The notes: generated by a model not told the origin, from the letters alone. Shown: positions 28,001 through 43,800, numbered from the stretch's first letter. The stretch: DNA of 64,000 nt from Auanema rhodensis (GCA_964057225.1 OZ059894.1:21638001-21702000); one strand, 5' to 3'. A program made the numbers and translations.

Positions 28001-29430
28001 TGTCCATCGTCTTTGCCTTGAAAAAAGAAATCTAAAAACATCTACTTTTTGCTAAATTATTTTGAAATTTTTCGAAAAAATTTTTGTCAAAATGTTTTTG
28101 GAAGCAATGTTGAGTGTACATGGAAACTCAACATACACTAATGCATCATTTTTCAAACGATCATAACTAATTTTTGTATTAAGCGTTTCTCAATGTAGTA
28201 TAGTGCATTCGATGCGGATTTTTAAGCTGCGTCGATCTGTGTTATCAGATTTGCGCTAGCTGAAAATTGCACCGAGATATCAACTGATATAAGTTCACAC
28301 TTATATCCTCGATTTTCACCCTGAAGAATTAATTTTTTCGTTGAAGAACATTGTCCATCGTCTTTGCCTTAAAAAAAGGAATCTAAAAACATCTACTTTT
28401 TGCTGAATTATTTTGAAATTTTTCGAAAAAATTTTTGTCAAAATGTTTTTGGAAGCAATGTTGAGTGTACATGGAAACTCAACATACACTAATGCATCAT
28501 TTTTCAAACGATCATAACTAATTTGTGTATTAAGCGTTTCTTGATGTAGTATAGTGCATTCGATGCGGATTTTTAAGCTGCGTCGATCTGTGTTATCAGA
28601 TTTGCGCTAGCTTAAAAATGCACCGAGATATCAACTGATATAAGTTCACACTTATATCCTCGATTTTCACCCTGAAGAATTAATTTTTTCGTTGAATAAC
28701 ATTGTCCATCGTCTTTGCCTTGAAAAAAGAAATCTAAAAACATCTACTTTTTGCTAAATTATTTTGAAATTTTTCGAAAAAATTTTTGTCAAAATGTTTT
28801 TGGAAGCAATGTTGAGTGTACATGGAAACTCAACATACACTAATGCATCATTTTTCAAACGATCATAACTAATTTGTGTATTAAGCGTTTCTCAATGTAG
28901 TATAGTGCATTCGATGCGGATTTTTAAGCTGCGTCGATCTGTGTTATCAAATTTGCGCTAGCTTAAAAATGCACCGAGATATCAACTGATATAAGTTCAC
29001 ACTTATATCCTCGATTTTCACCCTGAAGAATTAATTTTTTCGTTGAATAACATTGTCCATCGTCTTTGCCTTAAAAACAGAAATCTAAAAACATCTACTT
29101 TTTGCTAAATTATTTTGAAATTTTTCGAAAAAATTTTTGTCAAAATGTTTTTGGAAGCAATGTTGAGTGTACATGGAAACTCAACATACACTAATGCATC
29201 ATTTTTCAAACGATCATAACTAATTTGTGTATTAAGCGTTTCTTGATGTAGTATAGTGCATTCGATGCGGATTTTTAAGCTGCGTCGATCTGTGTTATCA
29301 GATTTGCGCTAGCTTAAAAATGCACCGAGATATCAACTGATATAAGTTCACACTTATATCCTCGATTTTCACCCTGAAGAATTAATTTTTTCGTTGAATA
29401 ACATTGTCCATCGTCTTTGCCTTGAAAAAA
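22090..29430 (+). repeat. Tandem duplication of a 10-monomer (3510-bp) block
   Basis: Rare SNPs recur exactly 3510 bp apart: TTTTTCAAAA 23160/26670, GCTGCGGC 23669/27179, TGAAGAAC 24135/27645, GCTGAAAATTGC 24752/28262, ACAGAAATC 25571/29081. ORF pairs are 23402/26912 and 24806/28316. Confidence 0.92.
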
Positions 29431-32400
29431 GAAATCTAAAAACATCTACTTTTTGCTAAATTATTTTGAAATTTTTCGAAAAAATTTTTGTCAAAATGTT
29501 TTTGGAAGCAATGTTGAGTGTACATGGAAACTCAACATACACTAATGCATCATTTTTCAAACGATCATAACTAATTTGTGTATTAAGCGTTTCTCAATGT
29601 AGTATAGTGCATTCGATGCGGATTTTTAAGCTGCGTCGATCTGTGTTATCAGATTTGCGCTAGCTTAAAAATGCACCGAGATATCAACTGATATAAGTTC
29701 ACACTTATATCCTCGATTTTCACCCTGAAGAATTAATTTTTTCGTTGAATAACATTGTCCATCGTCTTTGCCTTAAAAAAAGGAATCTAAAAACATCTAC
29801 TTTTTGCTAAATTATTTTGAAATTTTTCGAAAAAATTTTTGTCAAAATGTTTTTGGAAGCAATGTTGAGTGTACATGGAAACTCAACATACACTAATGCA
29901 TCATTTTTCAAACGATCATAACTAATTTTTGTATCAAACGTTTCTCAATGTAGTATAGCGCATTCGATGCGGATTTTTAAGCTGCGTCGATCTGTGTTAT
30001 CAGATTTGCGCTAGCTTAAAAATGCACCGAGATATCAACTGATATAAGTTCACACTTATATCCTCGATTTTCACCCTGAAGAATTAATTTTTTCGTTGAA
30101 TAACATTGTCCATCGTCTTTGCCTTGGAAAAAGGAATCTAAAAACATCTACTTTTTGCTGAATTATTCTGAAATTTTTCGAAAAAATTTTTGTCAAAATG
30201 TTTTTGGAAGCAATGTTGAGTGTACATGGAAACTCAACATACACTAATGCATCATTTTTCAAACGATCATAACTAATTTTTGTATTAAGCGTTTCTCAAT
30301 GTAGTATAGTGCATTCGATGCGGATTTTTAAGCTGCGTCGATCTGTGTTATCAGATTTGCGCTAGCTTAAAAATGCACCGAGATATCAACTGATATAAGT
30401 TTACACTTATATCCTCGATTTTCACCCTGAAGAATTAATTTTTTCGTTGAATAACATTGTCCATCGTCTTTGCCTTGAAAAAAAAAATCTAAAAACATCT
30501 ACTTTTTGCTAAATTATTTTGAAATTTTTCGAAAAAATTTTTGTCAAAATGTTTTTGGAAGCAATGTTGAGTGTACATGGAAACTCAACATACACTAATG
30601 CATCATTTTTCAAACGATCATAACTAATTTTTGTATTAAGCGTTTCTCAATGTAGTATAGTGCATTCGATGCGGATTTTTACGCTGCGTCGATCTGTGTT
30701 ATCAGATTTGCGCTAGCTTAAAAATGCACCGAGATATCAACTGATATAAGTTCACACTTATATCCTCGATTTTCACCCTGAAGAATTAATTTTTTCGTTG
30801 AATAACATTGTCCATCGTCTTTGCCTTAAAAAAAGGAATCTAAAAACATCTACTTTTTGCTAAATTATTTTGAAATTTTTCGAAAAAATTTTTGTCAAAA
30901 TGTTTTTGGAAGCAATGTTGAGTGTACATGGAAACTCAACATACACTAATGCATCATTTTTCAAACGATCATAACTAATTTTTGTATCAAGCGTTTCTTG
31001 ATGTAGTATAGTGCATTCGATGCGGATTTTTAAGCTGCGTCGATCTGTGTTATCAGATTTGCGCTAGCTTAAAAATGCACCGAGATATCAACTGATATAA
31101 GTTCACACTTATATCCTCGATTTTCACCCTGAAGAATTAATTTTTTCGTTGAATAACATTGTCTATCGTCTTTGCCTTGAAAAATGGAATCTAAAAACAT
31201 CTACTTTTTGCTAAATTATTTTGAAATTTTTCGAAAAAATTTTTGTCAAAATGTTTTTGGAAGCAATGTTGAGTGTACATGGAAACTCAACATACACTAA
31301 TGCATCATTTTTCAAACGATCATAACTAATTTGTGTATCAAGCTTTTCTTGATGTAGTATAGTGCATTCGATGCGGATTTTTAAGCTGCGTCGATCTGTG
31401 TTATCAGATTTGCGCTAGCTTAAAAATGCACCGAGATATCAACTGATATAAGTTCACACTTATATCCTCGATTTTCACCCTGAAGAATTAATTTTTTCGT
31501 TGAATAACATTGTCCATCGTCTTTGCCTTGAAAAAAGAAATCTAAAAACATCTACTTTTTGCTAAATTATTTTGAAATTTTTCGAAAAAATTTTTGTCAA
31601 AATGTTTTTGGAAGCAATGTTGAGTGTACATGGAAACTCAACATACACTAATGCATCATTTTTCAAACGATCATAACTAATTTGTGTATTAAGCGTTTCT
31701 CAATGTAGTATAGTGCATTCGATGCGGATTTTTAAGCTGCGTCGATCTGTGTTATCAGATTTGCGCTAGCTTAAAAATGCACCGAGATATCAACTGATAT
31801 AAGTTCACACTTATATCCTCGATTTTCACCCTGAAGAATTAATTTTTTCGTTGAATAACATTGTCCATCGTCTTTGCCTTAAAAAAAGGAATCTAAAAAC
31901 ATCTACTTTTTGCTAAATTATTTTGAAATTTTTCGAAAAAATTTTTGTCAAAATGTTTTTGGAAGCAATGTTGAGTGTACATGGAAACTCAACATACACT
32001 AATGCATCATTTTTCAAACGATCATAACTAATTTGTGTATCAAGCGTTTCTTGATGTAGTATAGTGCATTCGATGCGGATTTTTAAGCTGCGTCGATCTG
32101 TGTTATCAGATTTGCGCTAGCTTAAAAATGCACCGAGATATCAACTGATATAAGTTCACACTTATATCCTCGATTTTCACCCTGAAGAATTAATTTTTTC
32201 GTTGAATAACATTGTCCATCGTCTTTGCCTTGAAAAAAGAAATCTAAAAACATCTACTTTTTGCTAAATTATTTTGAAATTTTTCGAAAAAATTTTTGTC
32301 AAAATGTTTTTGGAAGCAATGTTGAGTGTACATGGAAACTCAACATACACTAATGCATCATTTTTCAAACGATCATAACTAATTTGTGTATTAAGCGTTT

Positions 32401-35400
32401 CTCAATGTAGTATAGTGCATTCGATGCGGATTTTTAAGCTGCGTCGATCTGTGTTATCAGATTTGCGCTAGCTTAAAAATGCACCGAGATATCAACTGAT
32501 ATAAGTTCACACTTATATCCTCGATTTTCACCCTGAAGAATTAATTTTTTCGTTGAATAACATTGTCCATCGTCTTTGCCTTAAAAAAAGGAATCTAAAA
32601 ACATCTACTTTTTGCTAAATTATTTTGAAATTTTTCGAAAAAATTTTTGTCAAAATGTTTTTGGAAGCAATGTTGAGTGTACATGGAAACTCAACATACA
32701 CTAATGCATCATTTTTCAAACGATCATAACTAATTTTTGTATCAAACGTTTCTCAATGTAGTATAGTGCATTCGATGCGGATTTTTAAGCTGCGTCGATC
32801 TGTGTTATCAGATTTGCGCTAGCTTAAAAATGCACCGAGATATCAACTGATATAAGTTCACACTTATATCCTCGATTTTCACCCTGAAGAATTAATTTTT
32901 TCGTTGAATAACATTGTCCATCGTCTTTGCCTTGGAAAAAGGAATCTAAAAACATCTACTTTTTGCTGAATTATTCTGAAATTTTTCGAAAAAATTTTTG
33001 TCAAAATGTTTTTGGAAGCAATGTTGAGTGTACATGGAAACTCAACATACACTAATGCATCATTTTTCAAACGATCATAACTAATTTTTGTATTAAGCGT
33101 TTCTCAATGTAGTATAGTGCATTCGATGCGGATTTTTAAGCTGCGTCGATCTGTGTTATCAGATTTGCGCTAGCTTAAAAATGCACCGAGATATCAACTG
33201 ATATAAGTTTACACTTATATCCTCGATTTTCACCCTGAAGAATTAATTTTTTCGTTGAATAACATTGTCCATCGTCTTTGCCTTGAAAAAAAAAATCTAA
33301 AAACATCTACTTTTTGCTAAATTATTTTGAAATTTTTCGAAAAAATTTTTGTCAAAATGTTTTTGGAAGCAATGTTGAGTGTACATGCAAACTCAACATA
33401 CACTAATGCATCATTTTTCAAACGATCATAACTTATTTTTGTATTAAGCGTTTCTCAATGTAGTATAGTGCATTCGATGCGGATTTTTAAGCTGCGTCGA
33501 TCTGTGTTATCAGATTTGCGCTAGCTTAAAAATGCACCGAGATATCAACTGATATAAGTTCACACTTATATCCTCGATTTTCACCCTGAAGAATTAATTT
33601 TTTCGTTGAATAACATTGTCCATCGTCTTTGCCTTGGAAAAAGGAGTCTAAAAACATCTACTTTTTGCTGAATTATTCTGAAATTTTTCGAAAAAATTTT
33701 TGTCAAAATGTTTTTGGAAGCAATGTTGAGTGTACATGGAAACTCAACATACACTAATGCATCATTTTTCAAACGATCATAACTAATTTGTGTATTAAGC
33801 GTTTCTCAATGTAGTATAGTGCATTCGATGCGGATTTTTAAGCTGCGTCGATCTGTGTTATCAGATTTGCGCTAGCTTAAAAATGCACCGAGATATCAAC
33901 TGATATAAGTTTACACTTATATCCTCGATTTTCACCCTGAAGAATTAATTTTTTCGTTGAATAACATTGTCTATCGTCTTTGCCTTGAAAAAAAAAATCT
34001 AAAAACATCTACTTTTTGCTAAATTATTTTGAAATTTTTCGAAAAAATTTTTGTCAAAATGTTTTTGGAAGCAATGTTGAGTGTACATGGAAACTCAACA
34101 TACACTAATGCATCATTTTTCAAACGATCATAACTAATTTTTGTATCAAGCGTTTCTTGATGTAGTATAGTGCATTCGATGCGGATTTTTAAGCTGCGTC
34201 GATCTGTGTTATCAGATTTGCGCTAGCTTAAAAATGCACCGAGATATCAACTGATATAAGTTCACACTTATATCCTCGATTTTCACCCTGAAGAATTAAT
34301 TTTTTCGTTGAATAACATTGTCTATCGTCTTTGCCTTGAAAAATGGAATCTAAAAACATCTACTTTTTGCTAAATTATTTTGAAATTTTTCGAAAAAATT
34401 TTTGTCAAAATGTTTTTGGAAGCAATGTTGAGTGTACATGGAAACTCAACATACACTAATGCATCATTTTTCAAACGATCATAACTAATTTGTGTATTAA
34501 GCGTTTCTCAATGTAGTATAGTGCATTCGATGCGGATTTTTAAGCTGCGTCGATCTGTGTTATCAGATTTGCGCTAGCTTAAAAATGCACCGAGATATCA
34601 ACTGATATAAGTTCACACTTATATCCTCGATTTTCACCCTGAAGAATTAATTTTTTCGTTGAATAACATTGTCCATCGTCTTTGCCTTAAAAAAAGGAAT
34701 CTAAAAACATATACTTTTTGCTAAATTATTTTGAAATTTTTCGAAAAAATTTTTGTCAAAATGTTTTTGGAAGCAATGTTGAGTGTACATGGAAACTCAA
34801 CATACACTAATGCATCATTTTTCAAACGATCATAACTAATTTTTGTATCAAACGTTTCTCAATGTAGTATAGTGCATTCGATGCGGATTTTTAAGCTGCG
34901 TCGATCTGTGTTATCAGATTTGCGCTAGCTTAAAAATGCACCGAGATATCAACTGATATAAGTTCACACTTATATCCTCGATTTTCACCCTGAAGAATTA
35001 ATTTTTTCGTTGAATAACATTGTCCATCGTCTTTGCCTTGGAAAAAGGAATCTAAAAACATCTACTTTTTGCTGAATTATTCTGAAATTTTTTGAAAAAA
35101 TTTTTGTCAAAATGTTTTTGGAAGCAATGTTGAGTGTACATGGAAACTCAACATACACTAATGCATCATTTTTCAAACGATCATAACTAATTTTTGTATT
35201 AAGCGTTTCTCAATGTAGTATAGTGCATTCGATGCGGATTTTTAAGCTGCGTCGATCTGTGTTATCAGATTTGCGCTAGCTTAAAAATGCACCGAGATAT
35301 CAACTGATATAAGTTTACACTTATATCCTCGATTTTCACCCTGAAGAATTAATTTTTTCGTTGAATAACATTGTCCATCGTCTTTGCCTTGAAAAATGGA

Positions 35401-36239
35401 ATCTAAAAACATCTACTTTTTGCTAAATTATTTTGAAATTTTTCGAAAAAATTTTTGTCAAAATGTTTTTGAAAGCAATGTTGAGTGTACATGGAAACTC
35501 AACATACACTAATGCATCATTTTTCAAACGATCATAACTAATTTTTGTATCAAACGTTTCTCAATGTAGTATAGTGCATTCGATGCGGATTTTTAAGCTG
35601 CGTCGATCTGTGTTATCAGATTTGCGCTAGCTTAAAAATGCACCGAGATATCAACTGATATAAGTTCACACTTATATCCTCGATTTTCACCCTGAAGAAT
35701 TAATTTTTTCGTTGAATAACATTGTCCATCGTCTTCGCCTTGAAAAAAGAAATCTAAAAACATCTACTTTTTCCTAAATTATTTTGAAATTTTTCGAAAA
35801 AATTTTTGTCAAAATGTTTTTGGAAGCAATGTTGAGTGTACATGGAAACTCAACATACACTAATGCATCATTTTTCAAACGATCATAACTAATTTTTGTA
35901 TTAAGCGTTTCTCAATGTAGTATAGTGCATTCGATGCGGATTTTTGAGCTGCGTCGATCTGTGTTATCAGATTTGCGCTAGCTTTAAAATGCACCGAGAT
36001 ATCAACTGATATAAGTTCACACTTATATCCTCGATTTTCACCCTGAAGAATTAATTTTTTCGTTGAATAACATTGTCCATCGTCTTTGCCTTGAAAAAAG
36101 GAATCTAAAAACATTTACTTTTTCCTAAATTATTTTGAAATTTTTCGAAAAAATTTTTGTCAAAATGTTTTTGGAAGCAATGTTGAGTGTACATGGAAAC
36201 TCAACATACACTAATGCATCATTTTTCAAACGATCATAA

Positions 36240-39200
36240 CTAATTTTTGTATTAAGCGTTTCTCAATGTAGTATAGTGCATTCGATGCGGATTTTTAAGC
36301 TGCGTCGATCTGTGTTATCAGATTTGCGCTAGCTTAAAAATGCACCGATATATCAACTGATATAAGTTCACACTTATATCCTCGATTTTCACCCTGAAGA
36401 ATTAATTTTTTCGTTGAATAATATTGTCCATCGTCTTTGCCTTGAAAAATGGAATTTAAAAACATCTACTTTTTGCTGAATTATCTTGAAATTTTTCGAA
36501 AAAATTTTTGTCAAAATGTTTTTGGAAGCAATGTTGAGTGTACATGGAAACTCAACATACACTAATGCATCATTTTTCAAACGATCATAACTAATTTTTG
36601 TATTAAGCGTTTCTCAATGTAGTATAGTGCATTCGATGCGGATTTTTAAGCTGCGTCGATCTGTGTTATCAGATTTGCGCTAGCTTAAAAATGCACCGAG
36701 ATATCAACTGATATAAGTTCACACTTATATCCTCGATTTTCACCCTGAAGAATTAATTTTTTCGTTGAATAACATTGTCCATCGTCTTTGCCTTAAAAAA
36801 TGGAATCTAAAAACATCTACTTTTTGCTAAATTATTTTGAAATTTTTCGAAAAAATTTTTGTCAAAATGTTTTTGGAAGCAATGTTGAGTGTACATGGAA
36901 ACTCAACACACACTAATGCATCATTTTTCAAACGATCATAACTAATTTGTGTATTAAGCGTTTCTCAATGTAGTATAGTGCATTCGATGCGGATTTTTAA
37001 GCTGCGTCGATCTGTGTTATCAGATTTGCGCTAGCTTAAAAATGCACCGAGATATCAACTGATATAAGTTCACACTTATATCCTCGATTTTCACCCTGAA
37101 GAATTAATTTTTTCGTTGAATAACATTGTCCATCGTCTTTGCCTTAAAAAATGGAATCTAAAAACATCTACTTTTTGCTAAATTATTTTGAAATTTTTCG
37201 AAAAAATTTTTGTCAAAATGTTTTTGGAAGCAATGTTGAGTGTACATGGAAACTCAACATACACTAATGCATCATTTTTCAAACGATCATAACTAATTTT
37301 TGTATTAAGCGTTTCTCAATGTAGTATAGTGCATTCGATGCGGATTTTTAAGCTGCGTCGATCTGTGTTATCAGATTTGCGCTAGCTTAAAAATGCACCG
37401 AGATATCAACTGATATAAGTTCACACTTATATCCTCGATTTTCACCCTGAAGAATTAATTTTTTCGTTGAATAACATTGTCCATCGTCTTTGCCTTGAAA
37501 AAAGGAATCTAGAAACATCTACTTTTTGCTGAATTATTTTGAAATTTTTCGAAAAAATTTTTGTCAAAATGTTTTTGGAAGCAATGTTGAGTGTACATGG
37601 AAACTCAACACACACTAATGCATCATTTTTCAAACGATCATAACTAATTTGTGTATTAAGCGTTTCTCAATGTAGTATAGTGCATTCGATGCGGATTTTT
37701 AAGCTGCGTCGATCTGTGTTATCAGATTTGAGCTAGCTTAAAAATGCACCGAGATATCAACTGATATAAGTTCACACTTATATCCTCGATTTTCACCCTG
37801 AAGAATTAATTTTTTCGTTGAATAACATTGTCCATCGTCTTTGCCTTAAAAAAAGGAATCTAAAAACATCTACTTTTTGCTAAATTATTTTGAAATTTTT
37901 CGAAAAAATTTTTGTCAAAATGTTTTTGGAAGCAATGTTGAGTGTACATGGAAACTCAACACACACTAATGCATCATTTTTCAAACGATCATAACTAATT
38001 TGTGTATTAAGCGTTTCTCAATGTAGTATAGTGCATTCAATGCGGATTTTTAAGCTGCGTCGATCTGTGTTATCAGATTTGCGCTAGCTTAAAAATGCAC
38101 CGAGATATCAACTGATATAAGTTCACACTTATATCCTCGATTTTCACCCTGAAGAATTAATTTTTTCGTTGAATAACATTGTCCATCGTCTTTGCCTTAA
38201 AAAAAGGAATCTAAAAACATCTACTTTTTGCTAAATTATTTTGAAATTTTTCGAAAAAATTTTTGTCAAAATGTTTTTGGAAGCAATGTTGAGTGTACAT
38301 GGAAACTCAACATACACTAATGCATCATTTTTCAAACGATCATAACTAATTTTTGTATTAAGCGTTTCTCAATGTAGTATAGTGCATTCGATGCGGATTT
38401 TTAAGCTGCGTCGATCTGTGTTATCAGATTTGCGCTAGCTTAAAAATGCACCGATATATCAACTGATATAAGTTCACACTTATATCCTCGATTTTCACCC
38501 TGAAGAATTAATTTTTTCGTTGAATAATATTGTCCATCGTCTTTGCCTTGAAAAATGGAATCTAAAAACATCTACTTTTTGCTGAATTATCTTGAAATTT
38601 TTCGAAAAAATTTTTGTCAAAATGTTTTTGGAAGCAATGTTGAGTGTACATGGAAACTCAACATACACTAATGCATCATTTTTCAAACGATCATAACTAA
38701 TTTTTGTATTAAGCGTTTCTCAATGTAGTATAGTGCATTCGATGCGGATTTTTAAGCTGCGTCGATCTGTGTTATCAGATTTGCGCTAGCTTAAAAATGC
38801 ACCGATATATCAACTGATATAAGTTCACACTTATATCCTCGATTTTCACCCTGAAGAATTAATTTTTTCGTTGAATAATATTGTCCATCGTCTTTGCCTT
38901 GAAAAATGGAATCTAAAAACATCTACTTTTTGCTGAATTATCTTGAAATTTTTCGAAAAAATTTTTGTCAAAATGTTTTTGGAAGCAATGTTGAGTGTAC
39001 ATGGAAACTCAACATACACTAATGCATCATTTTTCAAACGATCATAACTAATTTTTGTATTAAGCGTTTCTCAATGTAGTATAGTGCATTCGATGCGGAT
39101 TTTTAAGCTGCGTCGATCTGTGTTATCAGATTTGCGCTAGCTTAAAAATGCACCGAGATATCAACTGATATAAGTTCACACTTATATCCTCGATTTTCAC

Positions 39201-40810
39201 CCTGAAGAATTAATTTTTTCGTTGAATAACATTGTCCATCGTCTTTGCCTTAAAAAATGGAATCTAAAAACATCTACTTTTTGCTAAATTATTTTGAAAT
39301 TTTTCGAAAAAATTTTTGTCAAAATGTTTTTGGAAGCAATGTTGAGTGTACATGGAAACTCAACACACACTAATGCATCATTTTTCAAACGATCATAACT
39401 AATTTGTGTATTAAGCGTTTCTCAATGTAGTATAGTGCATTCGATGCGGATTTTTAAGCTGCGTCGATCTGTGTTATCAGATTTGCGCTAGCTTAAAAAT
39501 GCACCGAGATATCAACTGATATAAGTTCACACTTATATCCTCGATTTTCACCCTGAAGAATTAATTTTTTCGTTGAATAACATTGTCCATCGTCTTTGCC
39601 TTAAAAAATGGAATCTAAAAACATCTACTTTTTGCTAAATTATTTTGAAATTTTTCGAAAAAATTTTTGTCAAAATGTTTTTGGAAGCAATGTTGAGTGT
39701 ACATGGAAACTCAACATACACTAATGCATCATTTTTCAAACGATCATAACTAATTTTTGTATTAAGCGTTTCTCAATGTAGTATAGTGCATTCGATGCGG
39801 ATTTTTAAGCTGCGTCGATCTGTGTTATCAGATTTGCGCTAGCTTAAAAATGCACCGAGATATCAACTGATATAAGTTCACACTTATATCCTCGATTTTC
39901 ACCCTGAAGAATTAATTTTTTCGTTGAATAACATTGTCCATCGTCTTTGCCTTGAAAAAAGGAATCTAGAAACATCTACTTTTTGCTGAATTATTTTGAA
40001 ATTTTTCGAAAAAATTTTTGTCAAAATGTTTTTGGAAGCAATGTTGAGTGTACATGGAAACTCAACACACACTAATGCATCATTTTTCAAACGATCATAA
40101 CTAATTTGTGTATTAAGCGTTTCTCAGTGTAGTATAGTGCATTCGATGCGGATTTTTAAGCTGCGTCGATCTGTGTTATCAGATTTGCGCTAGCTTAAAA
40201 ATGCACCGAGATATCAACTGATATAAGTTCACACTTATATCCTCGATTTTCACCCTGAAGAATTAATTTTTTCGTTGAATAACATTGTCCATCGTCTTTG
40301 CCTTAAAAAAAGGAATCTAAAAACATCTACTTTTTGCTAAATTATTTTGAAATTTTTCGAAAAAATTTTTGTCAAAATGTTTTTGGAAGCAATGTTGAGT
40401 GTACATGGAAACTCAACACACACTAATGCATCATTTTTCAAACGATCATAACTAATTTGTGTATTAAGCGTTTCTCAATGTAGTATAGTGCATTCAATGC
40501 GGATTTTTAAGCTGCGTCGATCTGTGTTATCAGATTTGCGCTAGCTTAAAAATGCACCGAGATATCAACTGATATAAGTTCACACTTATATCCTCGATTT
40601 TCACCCTGAAGAATTAATTTTTTCGTTGAATAACATTGTCCATCGTCTTTGCCTTAAAAAAAGGAATCTAAAAACATCTACTTTTTGCTAAATTATTTTG
40701 AAATTTTTCGAAAAAATTTTTGTCAAAATGTTTTTGGAAGCAATGTTGAGTGTACATGGAAACTCAACATACACTAATGCATCATTTTTCAAACGATCAT
40801 AACTAATTTT
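36240..40810 (+). repeat. Duplicated 6-monomer block with one extra copy of the first monomer between (2457-bp offset)
   Basis: TCTAGA occurs at 37508/39965 and CATTCAATG at 38039/40496. The haplotype ACCGATATAT+GAATAATATT+TATCTTGAA occurs at ~36349, ~38455 and ~38806. Confidence 0.85.
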
Positions 40811-43800
40811 TGTATCAAACGTTTCTCAATGTAGTATAGTGCATTCGATGCGGATTTTTAAGCTGCGTCGATCTGTGTTATCAGATTTGCGCTAGCTTAA
40901 AAATGCACCGAGATATCAACTGATATAAGTTCACACTTATATCCTCGATTTTCACCCTGAAGAATTAATTTTTTCGTTGAATAACATTGTCCATCGTCTT
41001 TGCCTTGAAAAAAGGAATCTAAAAACATCTACTTTTTGCTGAATTATTTTGAAATTTTTCGAAAAAATTTTTGTCAAAATGTTTTTGGAAGCAATGTTGA
41101 GTGTACATGGAAACTCAACATACACTAATGCATCATTTTTCAAACGATCATAACTAATTTTCGTATTAAGCGTTTCTCAATGTAGTATAGTGCATTCGAT
41201 GCGGATTTTTAAGCTGCGTCGATCTGTGTTATCAGATTTGCGCTAGCTTAAAAATGCACCGAGATATCAACTGATATAAGTTTACACTTATATCCTCGAT
41301 TTTCACCCTGAAGAATTAATTTTTTCGTTGAATAACATTGTCCATCGTCTTTGCCTTGAAAAATGGAATCTAAAAACATCTACTTTTTGTTAAATTATTT
41401 TGAAATTTTTCGAAAAAATTTTTGTCAAAATGTTTTTGGAAGCAATGTTGAGTGTACATGGAAACTCAACACACACTAATGCATCATTTTTCAAACGATC
41501 ATAACTAATTTGTGTATTAAGCGTTTCTCAATATAGTATAGTGCATTCGATGCGGATTTTTAAGCTGCGTCGATCTGTGTTATCAGATTTGCGCTAGCTT
41601 AAAAATGCACCGAGATATCAACTGATATAAGTTCACACTTATATCCTCGATTTTCACCCTGAAGAATTAATTTTTTCGTTGAATAACATTGTCCATCGTC
41701 TTTGCCTTAAAAAATGGAATCTAAAAACATCTACTTTTTGCTAAATTATTTTGAAATTTTTCGAAAAAATTTTTGTCAAAATGTTTTTGGAAGCAATGTT
41801 GAGTGTACATGGAAACTCAACACACACTAATGCATCATTTTTCAAACGATCATAACTAATTTGTGTATTAAGCGTTTCTCAATGTAGTATAGTGCATTCG
41901 ATGCGGATTTTTAAGCTGCGTCGATCTGTGTTATCAGATTTGCGCTAGCTTAAAAATGCACCGAGATATCAACTGATATAAGTTCACACTTATATCCTCG
42001 ATTTTCACCCTGAAGAATTAATTTTTTCGTTGAATAACATTGTCCATCGTCTTTGCCTTTAAAAAAGGAATCTAAAAACATCTACTTTTTGCTAAATTAT
42101 TTTGAAATTTTTCGAAAAAATTTTTGTCAAAATGTTTTTGGAAGCAATGTTGAGTGTACATGGAAACTCAACATACACTAATGCATCATTTTTCAAACGA
42201 TCATAACTAATTTTTGTATCAAACGTTTCTCAATGTAGTATATGGCATTCGATGCGGATTTTTAAGCTGCGTCGATCTGTGTTATCAGATTTGCGCTAGC
42301 TTAAAAATGCACCGAGATATCAACTGATATAAGTTCACACTTATATCCTCGATTTTCACCCTGAAGAATTAATTTTTTCGTTGAATAACATTGTCCATCG
42401 TCTTTGCCTTGAAAAATGGAATCTAAAAACATCTACTTTTTGCTAAATTATTTTGAAATTTTTCGAAAAAATTTTTGTCAAAATGTTTTTGGAAGCAATG
42501 TTGAGTGTACATGGAAACTCAACATACACTAATGCATCATTTTTCAAACGATCATAACTAATTTTTGTATCAAACGTTTTTCAATGTAGTATAGTGCATT
42601 CGATGCGGATTTTTAAGCTGCGTCGATCTGTGTTATCAGATTTGCGCTAGCTTAAAAATGCACCGAGATATCAACTGATATAAGTTCACACTTATATCCT
42701 CGATTTTCACCCTGAAGAATTAATTTTTTCGTTGAATAACATTGTCCATCGTCTTTGCCTTAAAAAAAGGAATCTAAAAACATCTACTTTTTGCTGAATT
42801 ATTTTGAAATTTTTCGAAAAAATTTTTGTCAAAATGTTTTTGGAAGCAATGTTGAGTGTACATGGAAACTCAACATACACTAATGCATCATTTTTCAAAC
42901 GATCATAACTAATTTTCGTATTAAGCGTTTCTCAATGTAGTATAGTGCATTCGATGCGGATTTTTAAGCTGCGTCGATCTGTGTTATCAGATTTGCGCTA
43001 GCTTAAAAATGCACCGAGATATCAACTGATATAAGTTCACACTTATATCCTCGATTTTCACCCTGAAGAATTAATTTTTTCGTTGAATAACATTGTCCAT
43101 CGTCTTTGCCTTAAAAAATGGAATCTAAAAACATCTACTTTTTGCTAAATTATTTTGAAATTTTTCGAAAAAATTTTTGTCAAAATGTTTTTGGAAGCAA
43201 TGTTGAGTGTACATGGAAACTCAACACACACTAATGCATCATTTTTCAAACGATCATAACTAATTTGTGTATTAAGCGTTTCTCAATGTAGTATAGTGCA
43301 TTCGATGCGGATTTTTAAGCTGCGTCGATCTGTGTTATCAGATTTGCGCTAGCTTAAAAATGCACCGAGATATCAACTGATATAAGTTTACACTTATATC
43401 CTCGATTTTCACCCTGAAGAATTAATTTTTTCGTTGAATAACATTGTCCATCGTCTTTGCCTTGAAAAATGGAATCTAAAAACATCTACTTTTTGCTAAA
43501 TTATTTTGAAATTTTTCGAAAAAATTTTTGTCAAAATGTTTTTGGAAGCAATGTTGAGTGTACATGGAAACTCAACACACACTAATGCATCATTTTTCAA
43601 ACGATCATAACTAATTTGTGTATTAAGCGTTTCTCAATGTAGTATAGTGCATTCGATGCGGATTTTTAAGCTGCGTCGATCTGTGTTATCAGATTTGCGC
43701 TAGCTTAAAAATGCACCGAGATATCAACTGATATAAGTTCACACTTATATCCTCGATTTTCACCCTGAAGAATTAATTTTTTCGTTGAATAACATTGTCC

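Noticed and set aside
35875-36114. Single 79-aa ORF
   Set aside because: Chance product of private SNPs (35946, 35985) removing stops in one monomer.
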